A DNA stretch of 37,929 nt from Candidatus Hodarchaeota archaeon (GCA_016839785.1 JAEOTQ010000203.1:1-37929); one strand, 5' to 3'; numbered from the stretch's first letter, positions 1 to 9,987 are shown. The notes: generated by a model not told the origin, from the letters alone. Made by a program: numbers and translations.

Positions 1-2
1 AA

Positions 3-167
3 AAGGCTAAACGTGATTTAATCATCTTAGAAACCCTGATAAAATGGATTACCGTTGTCCACGAGGAAATGGAGTCATTCAACCAACATTTGCGAGTCAA
101 ATATTCGGAATTGATGGAGGATCTAGCATTACTATATACTGAAAATCCAAATCAGCGATTCTTCTGA
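3..167 (+). CDS. 3' end of a hypothetical protein (truncated by window start)
   Basis: Only open + frame at the window edge: KAKRDLIILETLIKWITVVHEEMESFNQHLRVKYSELMEDLALLYTENPNQRFF, then TGA at 165-167. The frame stays open past the TGA to TAG at 291-293. Confidence 0.55.
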   Translation, partial: KAKRDLIILETLIKWITVVHEEMESFNQHLRVKYSELMEDLALLYTENPNQRFF

Positions 168-302
168 ACACATAGAGTAGATTTCAACGTAATTTTGCAT
201 TGGAAAAATGGAAAAAAAGCAGTAATTGTGGTTAATATGGAAGTAAAATACTCTGGATATTGGGAAGTTTCTTCGTTTGATAGTAGGTTGTAGAATAGGA
301 AA

Positions 303-1796
303 ATGAATAAGGAATTAAGCGATACCCTTTCTGGAGAAGAGAGAACACAATCATTTTTTACGCAGCGATTAAATCGTCAATGGCTGAGGAGTCACCGAGT
401 ATTTGAGACGATTCTGATTATTATCTCAATAGGAGCTTTCTCCCTTTTTTTGATCCTTTACTCAATCAACTCTCGAATAGGAAATATCCTATTATTCTCA
501 CTAATTTTTATTGGAACTTTCATTTTGGTTGCTAGATTCCATCATTTACAAATTACGATTATACTAATTGCTTGTTCCATATCAATTCTTTTGGCAAATT
601 TATTGCTAGAAAGTTTCCAGTGGAGTCATATAGTTGACCATTACATGGAATGGGAGGTTCTTGCCGTCGTTTTTGGAATGTCAATCTTAGTAGAGGCAAC
701 TGCAGAAACAGGACTCTTTGATTGGTTAATAATTCGAATGATGCAGGTGACGAAAGGGGAAGTTTTTCCGCTCTTTATAATGACCTTTCTACTCACACTC
801 ACATTGTCTACTGTGCTGGCTAACGTAACAGCCATGATTCTCATTAGTTCTATGATTTTCACAACATGTCAAGCCCTTGACTATGATCCAATCCCCTTCT
901 TGCTTGCAGCAGTCCTTGCCACAGATCTTGCTGGGATGGCAACATTAATTTCTTCTTTACCTGCTATCCTAGTAGGCACAACAGCGGGAATAGGTTTTAT
1001 TGATTTTCTTTTAATTTCTTTACCTTTTGTTATCGTATCGATTCCGTTGTGCATTTTATATTTACGTAAATTCTTTCCACCAGAGAAAATTCCCCTTAAG
1101 AAAGTACCAAATGGTATTGATACAGAAATGATATTATCTTTAGACCCATGGGGTGTAATAGAAAATAAAAAACATTTCTATTTAGCTGCAGCATCAATGG
1201 GTATAACAATCATCGGATTTGCTCTTGCTCAGTTTTTGACAATACCTATTGGTGTGGTTGCTATTTTTGGAGGGATTTTGGCAATGGTGTCAACAGGAAC
1301 TGATGAAAATACTTTCCTGTCACAACTGAATTGGAGTCCACTACTCTTCTTTGGCGGACTTTTCGTCCTAGTTGGTATTTTAGAAGAAACAGAAGTATTG
1401 ATTCATCTTGCCACGTGGCTTAAAGCAATTAGTGGTGAGGATTTACTCCTCTCTGGAATCTTGATCCTTATTATTACAGCAGTATTCAGTGGTATTCTCG
1501 ATAATATTCCTGTTACAGCAGCCCTGCTTCCAGTCGTTAGTGATATGAATGTAATTCATCAAGGTACCCATCCAAACTACTTGTGGTTTATTCTAATCTT
1601 TTCTGGTGCACTGGGAGGTGGATGGACACCTTTTGGGTCAGCTGCTGGAATTTTGGTTGTAGCATCACTTGCTAGAAAAGGACGTCCACTAGATTTCAAA
1701 TTTTTTATTATTTGTTTTCTTCCCATCTCTGCTATCTTATTAATTCTAGGGGGTATCTATCTTTCTTTCCTTGCATTCGTTCTAGGGGTCATTTAA
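303..1796 (+). CDS. ArsB/NhaD (SLC13, P-protein-like) ion transporter superfamily permease
   Basis: About 14 hydrophobic segments. Family motifs: 'AETGLFDWL', 'STVLANVT', 'LNWSPLLFFGGLFVLVG', 'SGILDNIP', 'GALGG'. Confidence 0.85.
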   Translation: MNKELSDTLSGEERTQSFFTQRLNRQWLRSHRVFETILIIISIGAFSLFLILYSINSRIGNILLFSLIFIGTFILVARFHHLQITIILIACSISILLANLLLESFQWSHIVDHYMEWEVLAVVFGMSILVEATAETGLFDWLIIRMMQVTKGEVFPLFIMTFLLTLTLSTVLANVTAMILISSMIFTTCQALDYDPIPFLLAAVLATDLAGMATLISSLPAILVGTTAGIGFIDFLLISLPFVIVSIPLCILYLRKFFPPEKIPLKKVPNGIDTEMILSLDPWGVIENKKHFYLAAASMGITIIGFALAQFLTIPIGVVAIFGGILAMVSTGTDENTFLSQLNWSPLLFFGGLFVLVGILEETEVLIHLATWLKAISGEDLLLSGILILIITAVFSGILDNIPVTAALLPVVSDMNVIHQGTHPNYLWFILIFSGALGGGWTPFGSAAGILVVASLARKGRPLDFKFFIICFLPISAILLILGGIYLSFLAFVLGVI

Positions 1797-1894
1797 GTAA
1801 AATTTATGCTCTAGCTGTCTTGTCTGCAAGTATGATTATTTACAATAAGAGAAAGAAAAAACTAGAAAAATGATCATGTCTAGGATCCGAAATA

Positions 1895-2482
1895 CTATTC
1901 AAGAATTACTTTAATCTGAGACCAAACCTGTGAAGGAGTTCCATTGCCATCAATTCGATGCCAATGGTGAAATTTCGTTACATGTCTCATTTTCTGTTGC
2001 ATTTTTCTCAGTTTGGGCAAGGTTTCAAACATCTCTACCGCTCCCCCTCTCCTGGAAATCCGCTCTCGGGCAATTAAAGGATCAACGTCCAGGAAGAATG
2101 AATAATAACTTGTTGGTAACATATGGGAGAAGAGGTTATATCCAAACATAACCAAGTTACGGGGTAAATAACAAACTCCAAGGAGGTAGCGAGAGAAGAT
2201 AATCACTTCTTCCTCGTGGCGATAATATTTAACTAAAGATCGTATAACGTCTAATGTGTAAAAGAATGCAGCAATACAGTGACCTTTTTTTCCTTCCGTC
2301 TCTAAAGCTGTTTTTGCACGACGGCCAAAACGGTTATCTAACGCGGGATGACTACGAATTCGGATATGTGAATTATTTTGGCTCATTAGATACTTGGCTA
2401 TTGCTTTAGCTTGAGTATCCTTCCCTGAACCATCTCCTCCGTCGACAATGATAAACAATGGACGCTGCTTTGGTTTTCCCAT
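1895..2482 (-). CDS. tmk: thymidylate kinase (dTMP kinase)
   Basis: 'FIIVDGGDGSGKDTQAK' P-loop, 'IIFSRY' (DRY-equivalent), 'FFLDVDP...ARERI..RG', 'IDGN'; 195 aa. Confidence 0.88.
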   Translation of the reverse strand: MGKPKQRPLFIIVDGGDGSGKDTQAKAIAKYLMSQNNSHIRIRSHPALDNRFGRRAKTALETEGKKGHCIAAFFYTLDVIRSLVKYYRHEEEVIIFSRYLLGVCYLPRNLVMFGYNLFSHMLPTSYYSFFLDVDPLIARERISRRGGAVEMFETLPKLRKMQQKMRHVTKFHHWHRIDGNGTPSQVWSQIKVILE

Positions 2483-2571
2483 TACTCAAAAGTCTTTTAC
2501 TTCATTTTTTTTTATTTTTTCTCATCAGAAGAGACAATTTTAAAGAATCAATGCATTAACAAGGGTTTAAC

Positions 2572-3402
2572 ATGGCCGATCCGCAAAAAAATAATAATCC
2601 TAACATCTTTCTATCCGCTGATGATGGGATCTATTCACAAGGAATCAAAAGCTTAGCTAGGGAGATGCATAATAGACAATATGATCTGACAATTATTGCT
2701 CCTCGAACACAACGATCTGGGGTTGGGAAAGCAATTACCTTTGAAGAACCAATTAGAGTGGAAGAAGTGCCATTAGAGTATCTTCAGGGGGCACCAGGAT
2801 GGCGAATTACGGGAACTCCAGCCGATGCGGTTATTCACGGAATTTATGAACGAACTCAGGATTCTAACCAGCCTCCTTTTGATTTAGTAGTAGCTGGAAT
2901 AAATGCAGGAGAAAATACTTCTGTTCATTCTGTATTAACCTCGGGTACATGTGCAGTGGCTTTTGAAGCCGCTATATTGGGGAAACCTGCAATTGCGTTT
3001 TCTCTCGATGTCAAAGATGATCTTTTCTTTGATGACAGACAAGTTGTCGCAGAATATGAGGTTGCAGCAGAAATAGCCTGCGATATGGTAGAAAAAGTTT
3101 TAGAAAACGGATTACCAGAAGGAGTGGCTTTCTTGAATGTTAATTTCCCCGATAATGTAACGAACGATACTCCTATTGAAATTGTTGGTCTTTCCCCTAC
3201 CAAGTATCTTGATTACACCATAAAACGTGAGGATCCACGAGGAGTAGCATACTACTGGATTTGGGGAGACCGACTTGAGGTACCCCAAGGTACCGATGCT
3301 TATGTAGTATTGGAAAATAAAGCAATCAGTATTAGTCCCGTAAGTTTGAATTTCAACTCGAATCTGAGTGAAGTCGAACCGAAGCTAAGATATCTTTTAT
3401 GA
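2572..3402 (+). CDS. surE: 5'/3'-nucleotidase SurE
   Basis: 'DDGIYSQGI', 'AP..QRSGVG', 'GTPAD', 'GINAGEN', 'SGT', 'LNVNFP', 'DPRG..YYW', 'GTD'. Confidence 0.95.
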   Translation: MADPQKNNNPNIFLSADDGIYSQGIKSLAREMHNRQYDLTIIAPRTQRSGVGKAITFEEPIRVEEVPLEYLQGAPGWRITGTPADAVIHGIYERTQDSNQPPFDLVVAGINAGENTSVHSVLTSGTCAVAFEAAILGKPAIAFSLDVKDDLFFDDRQVVAEYEVAAEIACDMVEKVLENGLPEGVAFLNVNFPDNVTNDTPIEIVGLSPTKYLDYTIKREDPRGVAYYWIWGDRLEVPQGTDAYVVLENKAISISPVSLNFNSNLSEVEPKLRYLL

Positions 3403-3440
3403 AGAAAAGCTGTTCTGGGTCTTCAGTTTTGAGAAGCGAG

Positions 3441-3452
3441 CTTTTATAAATA
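3441..3452 (+). promoter_or_regulatory. putative archaeal TATA box (cttttataaata) upstream of the 66-aa membrane protein / meaB
   Basis: TTTATAAA consensus in the intergenic gap, preceded by purine-rich sequence. 'aggag' RBS-like motif before the ATG at 3521. Confidence 0.4.
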
Positions 3453-3520
3453 GTGGAGTAAGAAAGAAATTAAGTAGTAAATCGTATTTATTCGAATTAA
3501 AGTAGGAGATTTGATCAATC

Positions 3521-3721
3521 ATGGGTATCTTGGATAAGTTGACGTGGAAAGAATACTTCCTCATTGGAGGATTATTAATTATATGGGCGGTTGTAGTTTA
3601 TGCTGGAGTTACAAGCTTTGCTGACGGTGATATCGTTACTTTCGGATTCGCTCTCTTTATGGGTGTAATATTTACTGGTGCACTATTCATTATAATTGCG
3701 TTAATTGATAGGGTCTTTTAA
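3521..3721 (+). CDS. small two-TM membrane protein
   Basis: 66 aa with two hydrophobic helices; AGGAG upstream. Confidence 0.75.
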   Translation: MGILDKLTWKEYFLIGGLLIIWAVVVYAGVTSFADGDIVTFGFALFMGVIFTGALFIIIALIDRVF

Positions 3722-3809
3722 ATTTTCACTTTAATTCCATTACTGATTCAGGTTGTACATTCATCAAAAGTTAGAAACAAACAAAACTAAACTGGATGAC
3801 GGCCATCTA

Positions 3810-4772
3810 ATGGAGACACTAGTAGAAAGGGTATTAGAGAGAAATAAGAGGGCAATTGCGAAAGCTATATCCTTAGTTGAAAATCATCCTGATGAATGTG
3901 AGCAATTTATAAAAAAAATATTTCCTTATACTGGGAAAGCTTTGGTTGTGGGGACGACAGGTCCTCCTGGATCTGGGAAATCCACCTTATTAAATAACCT
4001 TGCTATTGAATTTCGAAAAAGAGGGAAAACTGTAGGGATTATAGCAGTTGATCCTACTTCTCCTTTTAGTGGGGGAGCTTTACTTGGGGATCGTATTCGT
4101 ATGGATGAGTTGAGCGCAGACCCTGACGTATTCATTCGGTCAATGGGTTCTAGAGGTAGTCTAGGTGGATTATCACGGGCAACCATGGATGCTATTCGTG
4201 TTCTTGATGCTGCAGGGTTTGATTTAATTTTGGTTGAAACCGTTGGAGCAGGACAAAGTGAGGTAGAAATAGTTCGAACAGCTCACACAACAATTGTCAT
4301 AGGAATTCCAGGTACTGGTGATGCTGTCCAGGCCATAAAGGCGGGAATATTGGAAATCGCTGATATTTATGTTGTAAACAAGAGCGACCGACCTGGTGCA
4401 GATGAAATTGCTAGAGAACTGAGATTATTACTCACCCTGGATCCCCATGCAAAAGATGAGGGACGCTGGCGTGTGCCCGTAATCTCCACTACCAATCTAC
4501 CACCAGTCAGTGGGATAATAGAACTAGCAGATACCATTCTTCAGCATCAAGTGTTTCTTAACGATCCGAAAAATGCTGCTCTCGCGTTTGAACAGGAAAT
4601 GATCCGAAGAAAAAATGAGATTCACGAAATAATAAAAGTGGAAATCTTCGAAAATATGTTAACTTCTTTAATCGGCAGACAAGAGTGGGAGAAAATTCTT
4701 AAGGATGTAATTTCCAAAAAGCTGGATCCTTATTCTGCAGCGAAGTCCATTATGGATCCTTTATTTCGATAG
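3810..4772 (+). CDS. meaB: methylmalonyl-CoA mutase-associated GTPase MeaB (ArgK family)
   Basis: 'GPPGSGKST', 'AVDPTSPFSGGALLGDRIRM', 'FIRSM.SRG.LGG', 'ETVGAGQSE', 'QAIKAGILEIADIYVVNKSD'. ATG at 3810 preferred over the ORF-track start at 3753. Confidence 0.95.
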   Translation: METLVERVLERNKRAIAKAISLVENHPDECEQFIKKIFPYTGKALVVGTTGPPGSGKSTLLNNLAIEFRKRGKTVGIIAVDPTSPFSGGALLGDRIRMDELSADPDVFIRSMGSRGSLGGLSRATMDAIRVLDAAGFDLILVETVGAGQSEVEIVRTAHTTIVIGIPGTGDAVQAIKAGILEIADIYVVNKSDRPGADEIARELRLLLTLDPHAKDEGRWRVPVISTTNLPPVSGIIELADTILQHQVFLNDPKNAALAFEQEMIRRKNEIHEIIKVEIFENMLTSLIGRQEWEKILKDVISKKLDPYSAAKSIMDPLFR

Positions 4773-4867
4773 CCTAATGTTGAAATTCTAGTTCTGCAAG
4801 GACTAAGAATTTATACCATTAAATTCTTGTTGATTCTAATCAAATTGAATCCAAAGGAAGATCACCC

Positions 4868-6310
4868 ATGAGCTCTAGTTCCCCAATTGACAAAGTTTTA
4901 TCCCCAATAACGAGTGTGTCGACAGCAATCCTTCGTGAAGGTAAATCAATTCCTCAAAAGTATCGCAATATGGTGTCCTTGGGATTATATGGATTTGCCA
5001 ACTCACTTATTGTATCTTTGATCATTCTCTACTATAACGATGACTATATGCAACTCCACCTAGGAATTTCGAAGACAGCTTCAAACTCAATATGGAGTTA
5101 TTCAACAGCTGCTGGCTCGATCGGACTATTAATTGCCGTAATAATCGGTGGTGCTTATAGTGATGATTTTCGATCAAAATATGGAGCTCGGGCACCATTC
5201 ATCCTTGGAGGGTCACTTCTAGCAGGGGGAATGATAACTTTGATTCCTATCTTTGCGACCATTCTCCCTAGGGGTTTCCTTATTGTAATTTTTCCACTTT
5301 GTTTTTTCATAGCTTATATTGGATTAGGAATTGGATCCTCACCAACAAATGCCCTTCTGTCCGAATTATTCACACGAGAGCAGCGAGGATGGGTTGGATT
5401 ATCGATTGCTGGTTTTACCACCTTAGGTTCATTTGTAGGAATAGTAGGTCTAGGAATAATTGCTGATGAAATTTATATTACAGCTATCTTTCCATTTACT
5501 GGAATTTTGGTGGCTTTGATCGGGATTACGATTTTTTTCCTTGTTGAGAAAGCTAATCCTCCATTTGATCCGATTGATCCCACTATTGAGGATATCCGAA
5601 ATACCCCTAAGTATTTAGTAACTTACGGAGGAAAAGATTTTGGAAAAATGCTAGTCGTACAGAGTTTTTGGGCTTTTTCAATTGCTGCCATCTCTCTTTA
5701 TATGGCTGAGTTTCTAAGGTTAGATGCTGCAAGGGAAGTTATTGGAAACAACGAAGGAGTCGTTTTAATTATCGCTGGTGTTGTAGCTGCGTTAATGGCT
5801 ATTCCAGCAGGCTTTGTTATAAAGAAAATTGGAAAAGTTAATACTGCTCTTCTTGGTTCAGTTATATTTGGGTTATACTGTTTCTCTTTAGTCTTTATTG
5901 AACTAGAAGGAGTATTCATTCTTCTTTATCCCGTAGCAATGTTAGGGGGTCTTGGTTCAATATTCATTGAATCAGTAAGTCTTTCTTTGCCTGCTGACTT
6001 AGTTCCAGAAGGGAAAGAAGCCCAATTCATGGGAATCAATAAGTTTGCTTCCACCTGGACCCAACCAATCGTTGCAATGCTAGGTGCTCAAATCTTTATC
6101 CTATTTGAAAACCAGAATCCAACTGCCATAATTTTCAGTCTTGGAGGAATCGCTGCATTCATAGCAAGTGGTTTTCTATTACTAATCAATTATGAGAAGA
6201 TGCTGAAGGAGGAATATCATAATTTCTACAAACGATATGTCCGTGCTAAAGGGTTCCTTGGGCAACATATCGGGGATATTACCGACGGAATTGTATCGAA
6301 ATTTACTTGA
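4868..6310 (+). CDS. MFS transporter (GPH/sugar-porter-like)
   Basis: 12 TM segments. 'GAYSDDFRSKYGARAPF' (GxxSDxxxSRxGRRxPF motif), 'ALLSELFTREQRG', 'PADLVPEGK'. Confidence 0.88.
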   Translation: MSSSSPIDKVLSPITSVSTAILREGKSIPQKYRNMVSLGLYGFANSLIVSLIILYYNDDYMQLHLGISKTASNSIWSYSTAAGSIGLLIAVIIGGAYSDDFRSKYGARAPFILGGSLLAGGMITLIPIFATILPRGFLIVIFPLCFFIAYIGLGIGSSPTNALLSELFTREQRGWVGLSIAGFTTLGSFVGIVGLGIIADEIYITAIFPFTGILVALIGITIFFLVEKANPPFDPIDPTIEDIRNTPKYLVTYGGKDFGKMLVVQSFWAFSIAAISLYMAEFLRLDAAREVIGNNEGVVLIIAGVVAALMAIPAGFVIKKIGKVNTALLGSVIFGLYCFSLVFIELEGVFILLYPVAMLGGLGSIFIESVSLSLPADLVPEGKEAQFMGINKFASTWTQPIVAMLGAQIFILFENQNPTAIIFSLGGIAAFIASGFLLLINYEKMLKEEYHNFYKRYVRAKGFLGQHIGDITDGIVSKFT

Positions 6311-6316
6311 TAGGTT

Positions 6317-7309
6317 CTAAAAGTTTCTATCGTATTTCTCATAGATTTGCTTAGAGCTAGATTCAATATACCGTCTAAAATTTGAACTTAACCAAGAATG
6401 AATGAATTTATCAACTTTATGGTCTTTGTTGCGCAGTAATGTACTGTGGTCACAATCTACTATGACTTTCGTTGCTGAATGAATTTCTATTCCCATCGCG
6501 AGAGCGCTGGGCCAATCAACAAATCCATCGCAAGGAACTCCATCAAATACAATCCTTTTACTAAGGTAACAAAGGGGATGCGAGGACACTCCTGCGATTA
6601 AATACCAGTGGATGCTATTCATATACAAATCTGAATTCTGATTCAATGTTTTAATGAAGGAACTACTAGGAGAGATGGAGTCAATGACCTTTGTATCCCA
6701 ATCATCACCGATAAACACCGTAACAGGTTCTCTAAGTGGATGTGTAGATAATTTTGAACCATGATGAGGAGTACCAAGAGTAATCACATTATTTATTGAG
6801 ACATTAAATAACGGTAACCGATCTTTGTATAATCTCAGCATTTCTCTGACAATCAATCCACCAAGGCTGTGTGCTACTATATCAACTCGAATTGGAACTT
6901 GGTTATCTCTTATTATCTCCTCATAGAAATTGGTAGCGAAGGAAGAAATGGCATTCGGGAGATTATTAATTTCGTTTGTCGTTAAACCAAGGTAAAGGTA
7001 ATTTTTATAATAATCAAAATACCGTGGAGTTCGGTTTTCATAATGGTTGAATAGACCGTTTTTTGACAAACATTCAACCATCGATGAGAACTCAGAATTA
7101 TTAGAATCATATCCGTGGATGAAATAGATTCTAGATATACATCTATCAGTTAATTCATCCTTCGAAAGCTGAGAATTATCAAAGAAAATGCTACTTGGTA
7201 GGGTTCCTGCATAAAAATCAATAAAAATAAGAAAGAGGGGGAACAAACAGAATCGTTTATTGCTTTTGATTACTTTCCAACCTCTATTATTCAGTTTTAG
7301 AATTTTCAT
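6317..7309 (-). CDS. alpha/beta-fold hydrolase (lipase/esterase, PGAP1/DUF676-like), probably exported
   Basis: 'FIHG', nucleophile elbow 'VAHSLGGL', 'ITLGTPHHGS', 'DGFV', 'DHS'; N-terminal basic plus hydrophobic segment. Confidence 0.85.
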   Translation of the reverse strand: MKILKLNNRGWKVIKSNKRFCLFPLFLIFIDFYAGTLPSSIFFDNSQLSKDELTDRCISRIYFIHGYDSNNSEFSSMVECLSKNGLFNHYENRTPRYFDYYKNYLYLGLTTNEINNLPNAISSFATNFYEEIIRDNQVPIRVDIVAHSLGGLIVREMLRLYKDRLPLFNVSINNVITLGTPHHGSKLSTHPLREPVTVFIGDDWDTKVIDSISPSSSFIKTLNQNSDLYMNSIHWYLIAGVSSHPLCYLSKRIVFDGVPCDGFVDWPSALAMGIEIHSATKVIVDCDHSTLLRNKDHKVDKFIHSWLSSNFRRYIESSSKQIYEKYDRNF

Positions 7310-7342
7310 TTTGAGTTTTATAAAGAAAAAAGTTTAGGATTA

Positions 7343-9049
7343 TCACACTTGATAATCCTGTCTGTTCTGCCTTCTATTGAGTGCATAAATGTACATCACT
7401 ATCGCTAACAATGTCCCTATGATTGCCTTTGGAAGGAAATCAGTAAGTAAGTTTATCTGTCCCATAAAAACTCCAACAGAATCAAAATATCCAAGAGGAC
7501 TTAGGTAGATTAGAATCGGGGAATCACCAAGATAACCAGCAATTACCAAAAGTACAAAAGCGAAATAACTACTTGCAAGAACTTTCAGAGTATGTTTTGC
7601 AGGGAAAATCAAGACCAAGGAGAGAATGACAACCAAAAGGACACAATAACCCCAAGTAAGCGCACTGAAGCCTGCAATTGTATCAGCCAAAGGTAAGTTT
7701 TGACCAATAGCAGTAGCCATCGAGTATGTAACTACAAAAGATGCTAAAAAGATCGATATGAAGGAAAATATAAGAGCTGCTGTTCGTTCTAGCAGTATCC
7801 GATTACTACTCCTAGACAAGGTCCATGTAAACTCTGCATATCCATCTTTTTTGTCTCGGTTAGTCAAGTTGTAAACACCAACCAGAATAAAAGGACCAAA
7901 AATCATCCATGCAAAAGCAAACATTTCATATGATAAGAAATAAGTGAATAAGTCACTAGCTGCGTCGAAAGTATGATTATACATTGCTGCATCAAAAATT
8001 GGAAATTGGAATCCTTCCAATAATTCCATTGTTTGATCTTCCCCACCTTGAAGAAACATGATAATTGCATAAGCAGGGATAAAAGACCCGAAGAGAATGA
8101 AAAAGGTAATTACTCCTACCAGTGAATGAAGTTGATCCCGGAAAGCCGCATATTTCCATCCTAAGCGTGAAAATATGATATCTAATGGTTTTTTTATGAC
8201 TCCTAACTTTGATGCCCAACCTGTTGACAGTGTTTCCTCAGATACAATCTTACTAGATCTTACACCACCTTCCAGAAAGTCTTTCCTGTACAACGTGAGG
8301 AGAGTCATCGCAATAATAGCAAGGGAGAGTACTGCTGATAATATCAAAAAATCTACGTTCAAAGTGCCAGTGAAACTGTTTTCAACAATCCTTGCCTGAT
8401 TATGTAGGCTGAATGTCGTTAAAAAATCGAATCCTTCAATACTTTTGCCTAAATCAAGAAGAAAGGAGATTATGATATATCCACCTGCAAGCAGATACCC
8501 TTGTGTTTTAGAATATTTCAGAGAGCTCCCAAATCCTGCGAGTAGTCCACACACCACAGAAAAAGCTAGCGCTAACACATAACCAATTGACAGATTAGTC
8601 AATGTTGCCATTGCATCATTCAAATATAGCATAATTACAGCTAAAATGTACCCTGGGAGTAAAATTAGTCCCATTAGAACTAGAAGAAGGATTACATTCT
8701 CGAGGTAAAATCTTATTGTTGACTTCGATGTTGTGACAAGTAGCTCCTTACCATCTTTTTCGCTAAATGGAAGAAGATTTACACCTAAGAAGATACTTAT
8801 AAGAGCAGGGTATAGAGTAAGCATAAGAGCGTTAACGAAAAGAAGCCAAAAATAGAAACCAGGATTCTCTACCTCAATTGTTGCTAAAAATGCAAGATAG
8901 GAGACAAATTGGCTTACTGGTTCCTCACCAGGATATACAGCTGCAAACACAAAGGTCACTACTGTTATGAAAGATACAGAAACAAAAAATGGGGTTCTAT
9001 ATCGCAGAAAATGTAAGTAAAACCGTTTGAAAATTTGTGACATACTCAA
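7343..9049 (-). CDS. ABC-2 type exporter permease, two fused permease halves
   Basis: About 12 TM. Repeated motif pair 'EKDGKELLVTTSKST.RFYLE' / 'DKKDGYAEFTWTLSRSS.RILLE'. ATGA overlap with the ATPase gene. Confidence 0.8.
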   Translation of the reverse strand: MSMSQIFKRFYLHFLRYRTPFFVSVSFITVVTFVFAAVYPGEEPVSQFVSYLAFLATIEVENPGFYFWLLFVNALMLTLYPALISIFLGVNLLPFSEKDGKELLVTTSKSTIRFYLENVILLLVLMGLILLPGYILAVIMLYLNDAMATLTNLSIGYVLALAFSVVCGLLAGFGSSLKYSKTQGYLLAGGYIIISFLLDLGKSIEGFDFLTTFSLHNQARIVENSFTGTLNVDFLILSAVLSLAIIAMTLLTLYRKDFLEGGVRSSKIVSEETLSTGWASKLGVIKKPLDIIFSRLGWKYAAFRDQLHSLVGVITFFILFGSFIPAYAIIMFLQGGEDQTMELLEGFQFPIFDAAMYNHTFDAASDLFTYFLSYEMFAFAWMIFGPFILVGVYNLTNRDKKDGYAEFTWTLSRSSNRILLERTAALIFSFISIFLASFVVTYSMATAIGQNLPLADTIAGFSALTWGYCVLLVVILSLVLIFPAKHTLKVLASSYFAFVLLVIAGYLGDSPILIYLSPLGYFDSVGVFMGQINLLTDFLPKAIIGTLLAIVMYIYALNRRQNRQDYQV

Positions 9050-9966
9050 ACCTCACTATCTTGAGTATCTTCATAGAAATGCATGAAGTAATGCTCTAAG
9101 GAAGCTGGAGGAAACGATAATTCCGTTGGTTCCATGGGCAATAAGATTTCAAGAAACTTAACAATTGAATCTGAGTGTTGAACAAGTATCCGTACATTCG
9201 TCCCATCAAATTGAAGTAAATTTTTACCTAAGGTATTTAATTTATTCTCGTCGGGATTATTCAGGGAGACATCAAGGACACGAGAGACTTCGGTATTCAG
9301 TTTATCTACATCTACAACATCAATCAAGAAGCCATCCTTTACAATCCCAACCCTACTACAAATCCGCTGAACTTCAGCGAGGTTATGACTACTAAAAAAT
9401 ATCGTAGAACCGTTTGATTGCGACTTTAAAATCAGTTCGTAAGTTTCCTGCTGCAAAAGAGGATCCAATCCTGATGTAGGTTCATCAAGAATTAGCACAT
9501 CGGGTTCATGCATAAATGCAGATATAATTGAAATTTTTTGCTTATTCCCTTTTGATAATTCACCTATTTTTTTCTTCAGGGGTAATTTAAATCGTTTAAC
9601 GAGCTCCTGTCTTCTAGGACTTGGGACTCCACGCATACTTTCCACATAGTTCAAAAAATCATTGCTTGTGTAGTGTTCGGGAAGAGTACCAGCTTCAGGG
9701 ATATATCCCACCTTCTTGTAAATTTCCGAGTTTGTTCGCTTCACAGTTCCACCATTGATCTGAATTTTACCTTTAGTAGGTAGCAATATATTCATAATAC
9801 ATCGAATAGTGGTACTTTTACCTGCACCGTTTGGTCCAAGGAAACCAAAGATTTCTCCGCTCTTTACATCAAGGTTTAAATCTTCTATACCTCGTGCAGA
9901 GCCATAGTATTTGGTTAATCCTTTTATTTGAATTTTATTACTATTTTTCATCGTTTTGACATCCAT
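9046..9966 (-). CDS. ABC transporter ATP-binding protein (CcmA/DrrA type)
   Basis: Walker A GPNGAGKST, signature LSKGNKQK, Walker B LILDEPTSGLDP, SSH switch. Confidence 0.95.
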   Translation of the reverse strand: MDVKTMKNSNKIQIKGLTKYYGSARGIEDLNLDVKSGEIFGFLGPNGAGKSTTIRCIMNILLPTKGKIQINGGTVKRTNSEIYKKVGYIPEAGTLPEHYTSNDFLNYVESMRGVPSPRRQELVKRFKLPLKKKIGELSKGNKQKISIISAFMHEPDVLILDEPTSGLDPLLQQETYELILKSQSNGSTIFFSSHNLAEVQRICSRVGIVKDGFLIDVVDVDKLNTEVSRVLDVSLNNPDENKLNTLGKNLLQFDGTNVRILVQHSDSIVKFLEILLPMEPTELSFPPASLEHYFMHFYEDTQDSEV

Positions 9967-9972
9967 GAGTGA

Positions 9973-9987
9973 AACAATTGAATTGTT
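9973..9987. promoter_or_regulatory. perfect 7-1-7 inverted repeat (AACAATT-G-AATTGTT), candidate operator
   Basis: Lies 6 bp upstream of the ABC ATPase start, in the divergent promoter region shared with the wHTH regulator. Confidence 0.4.

Noticed and set aside
4770-4871. The frame after the meaB TAG stays open for 32 codons and ends in an ATGA overlap with the MFS start, suggesting amber readthrough
   Set aside because: MeaB already ends at its normal C-terminus (DPYSAA..I). Other TAG-ending genes (tmk, the regulator, the GTPase) hit another stop within a few codons, so there is no sign of general recoding; probably chance.
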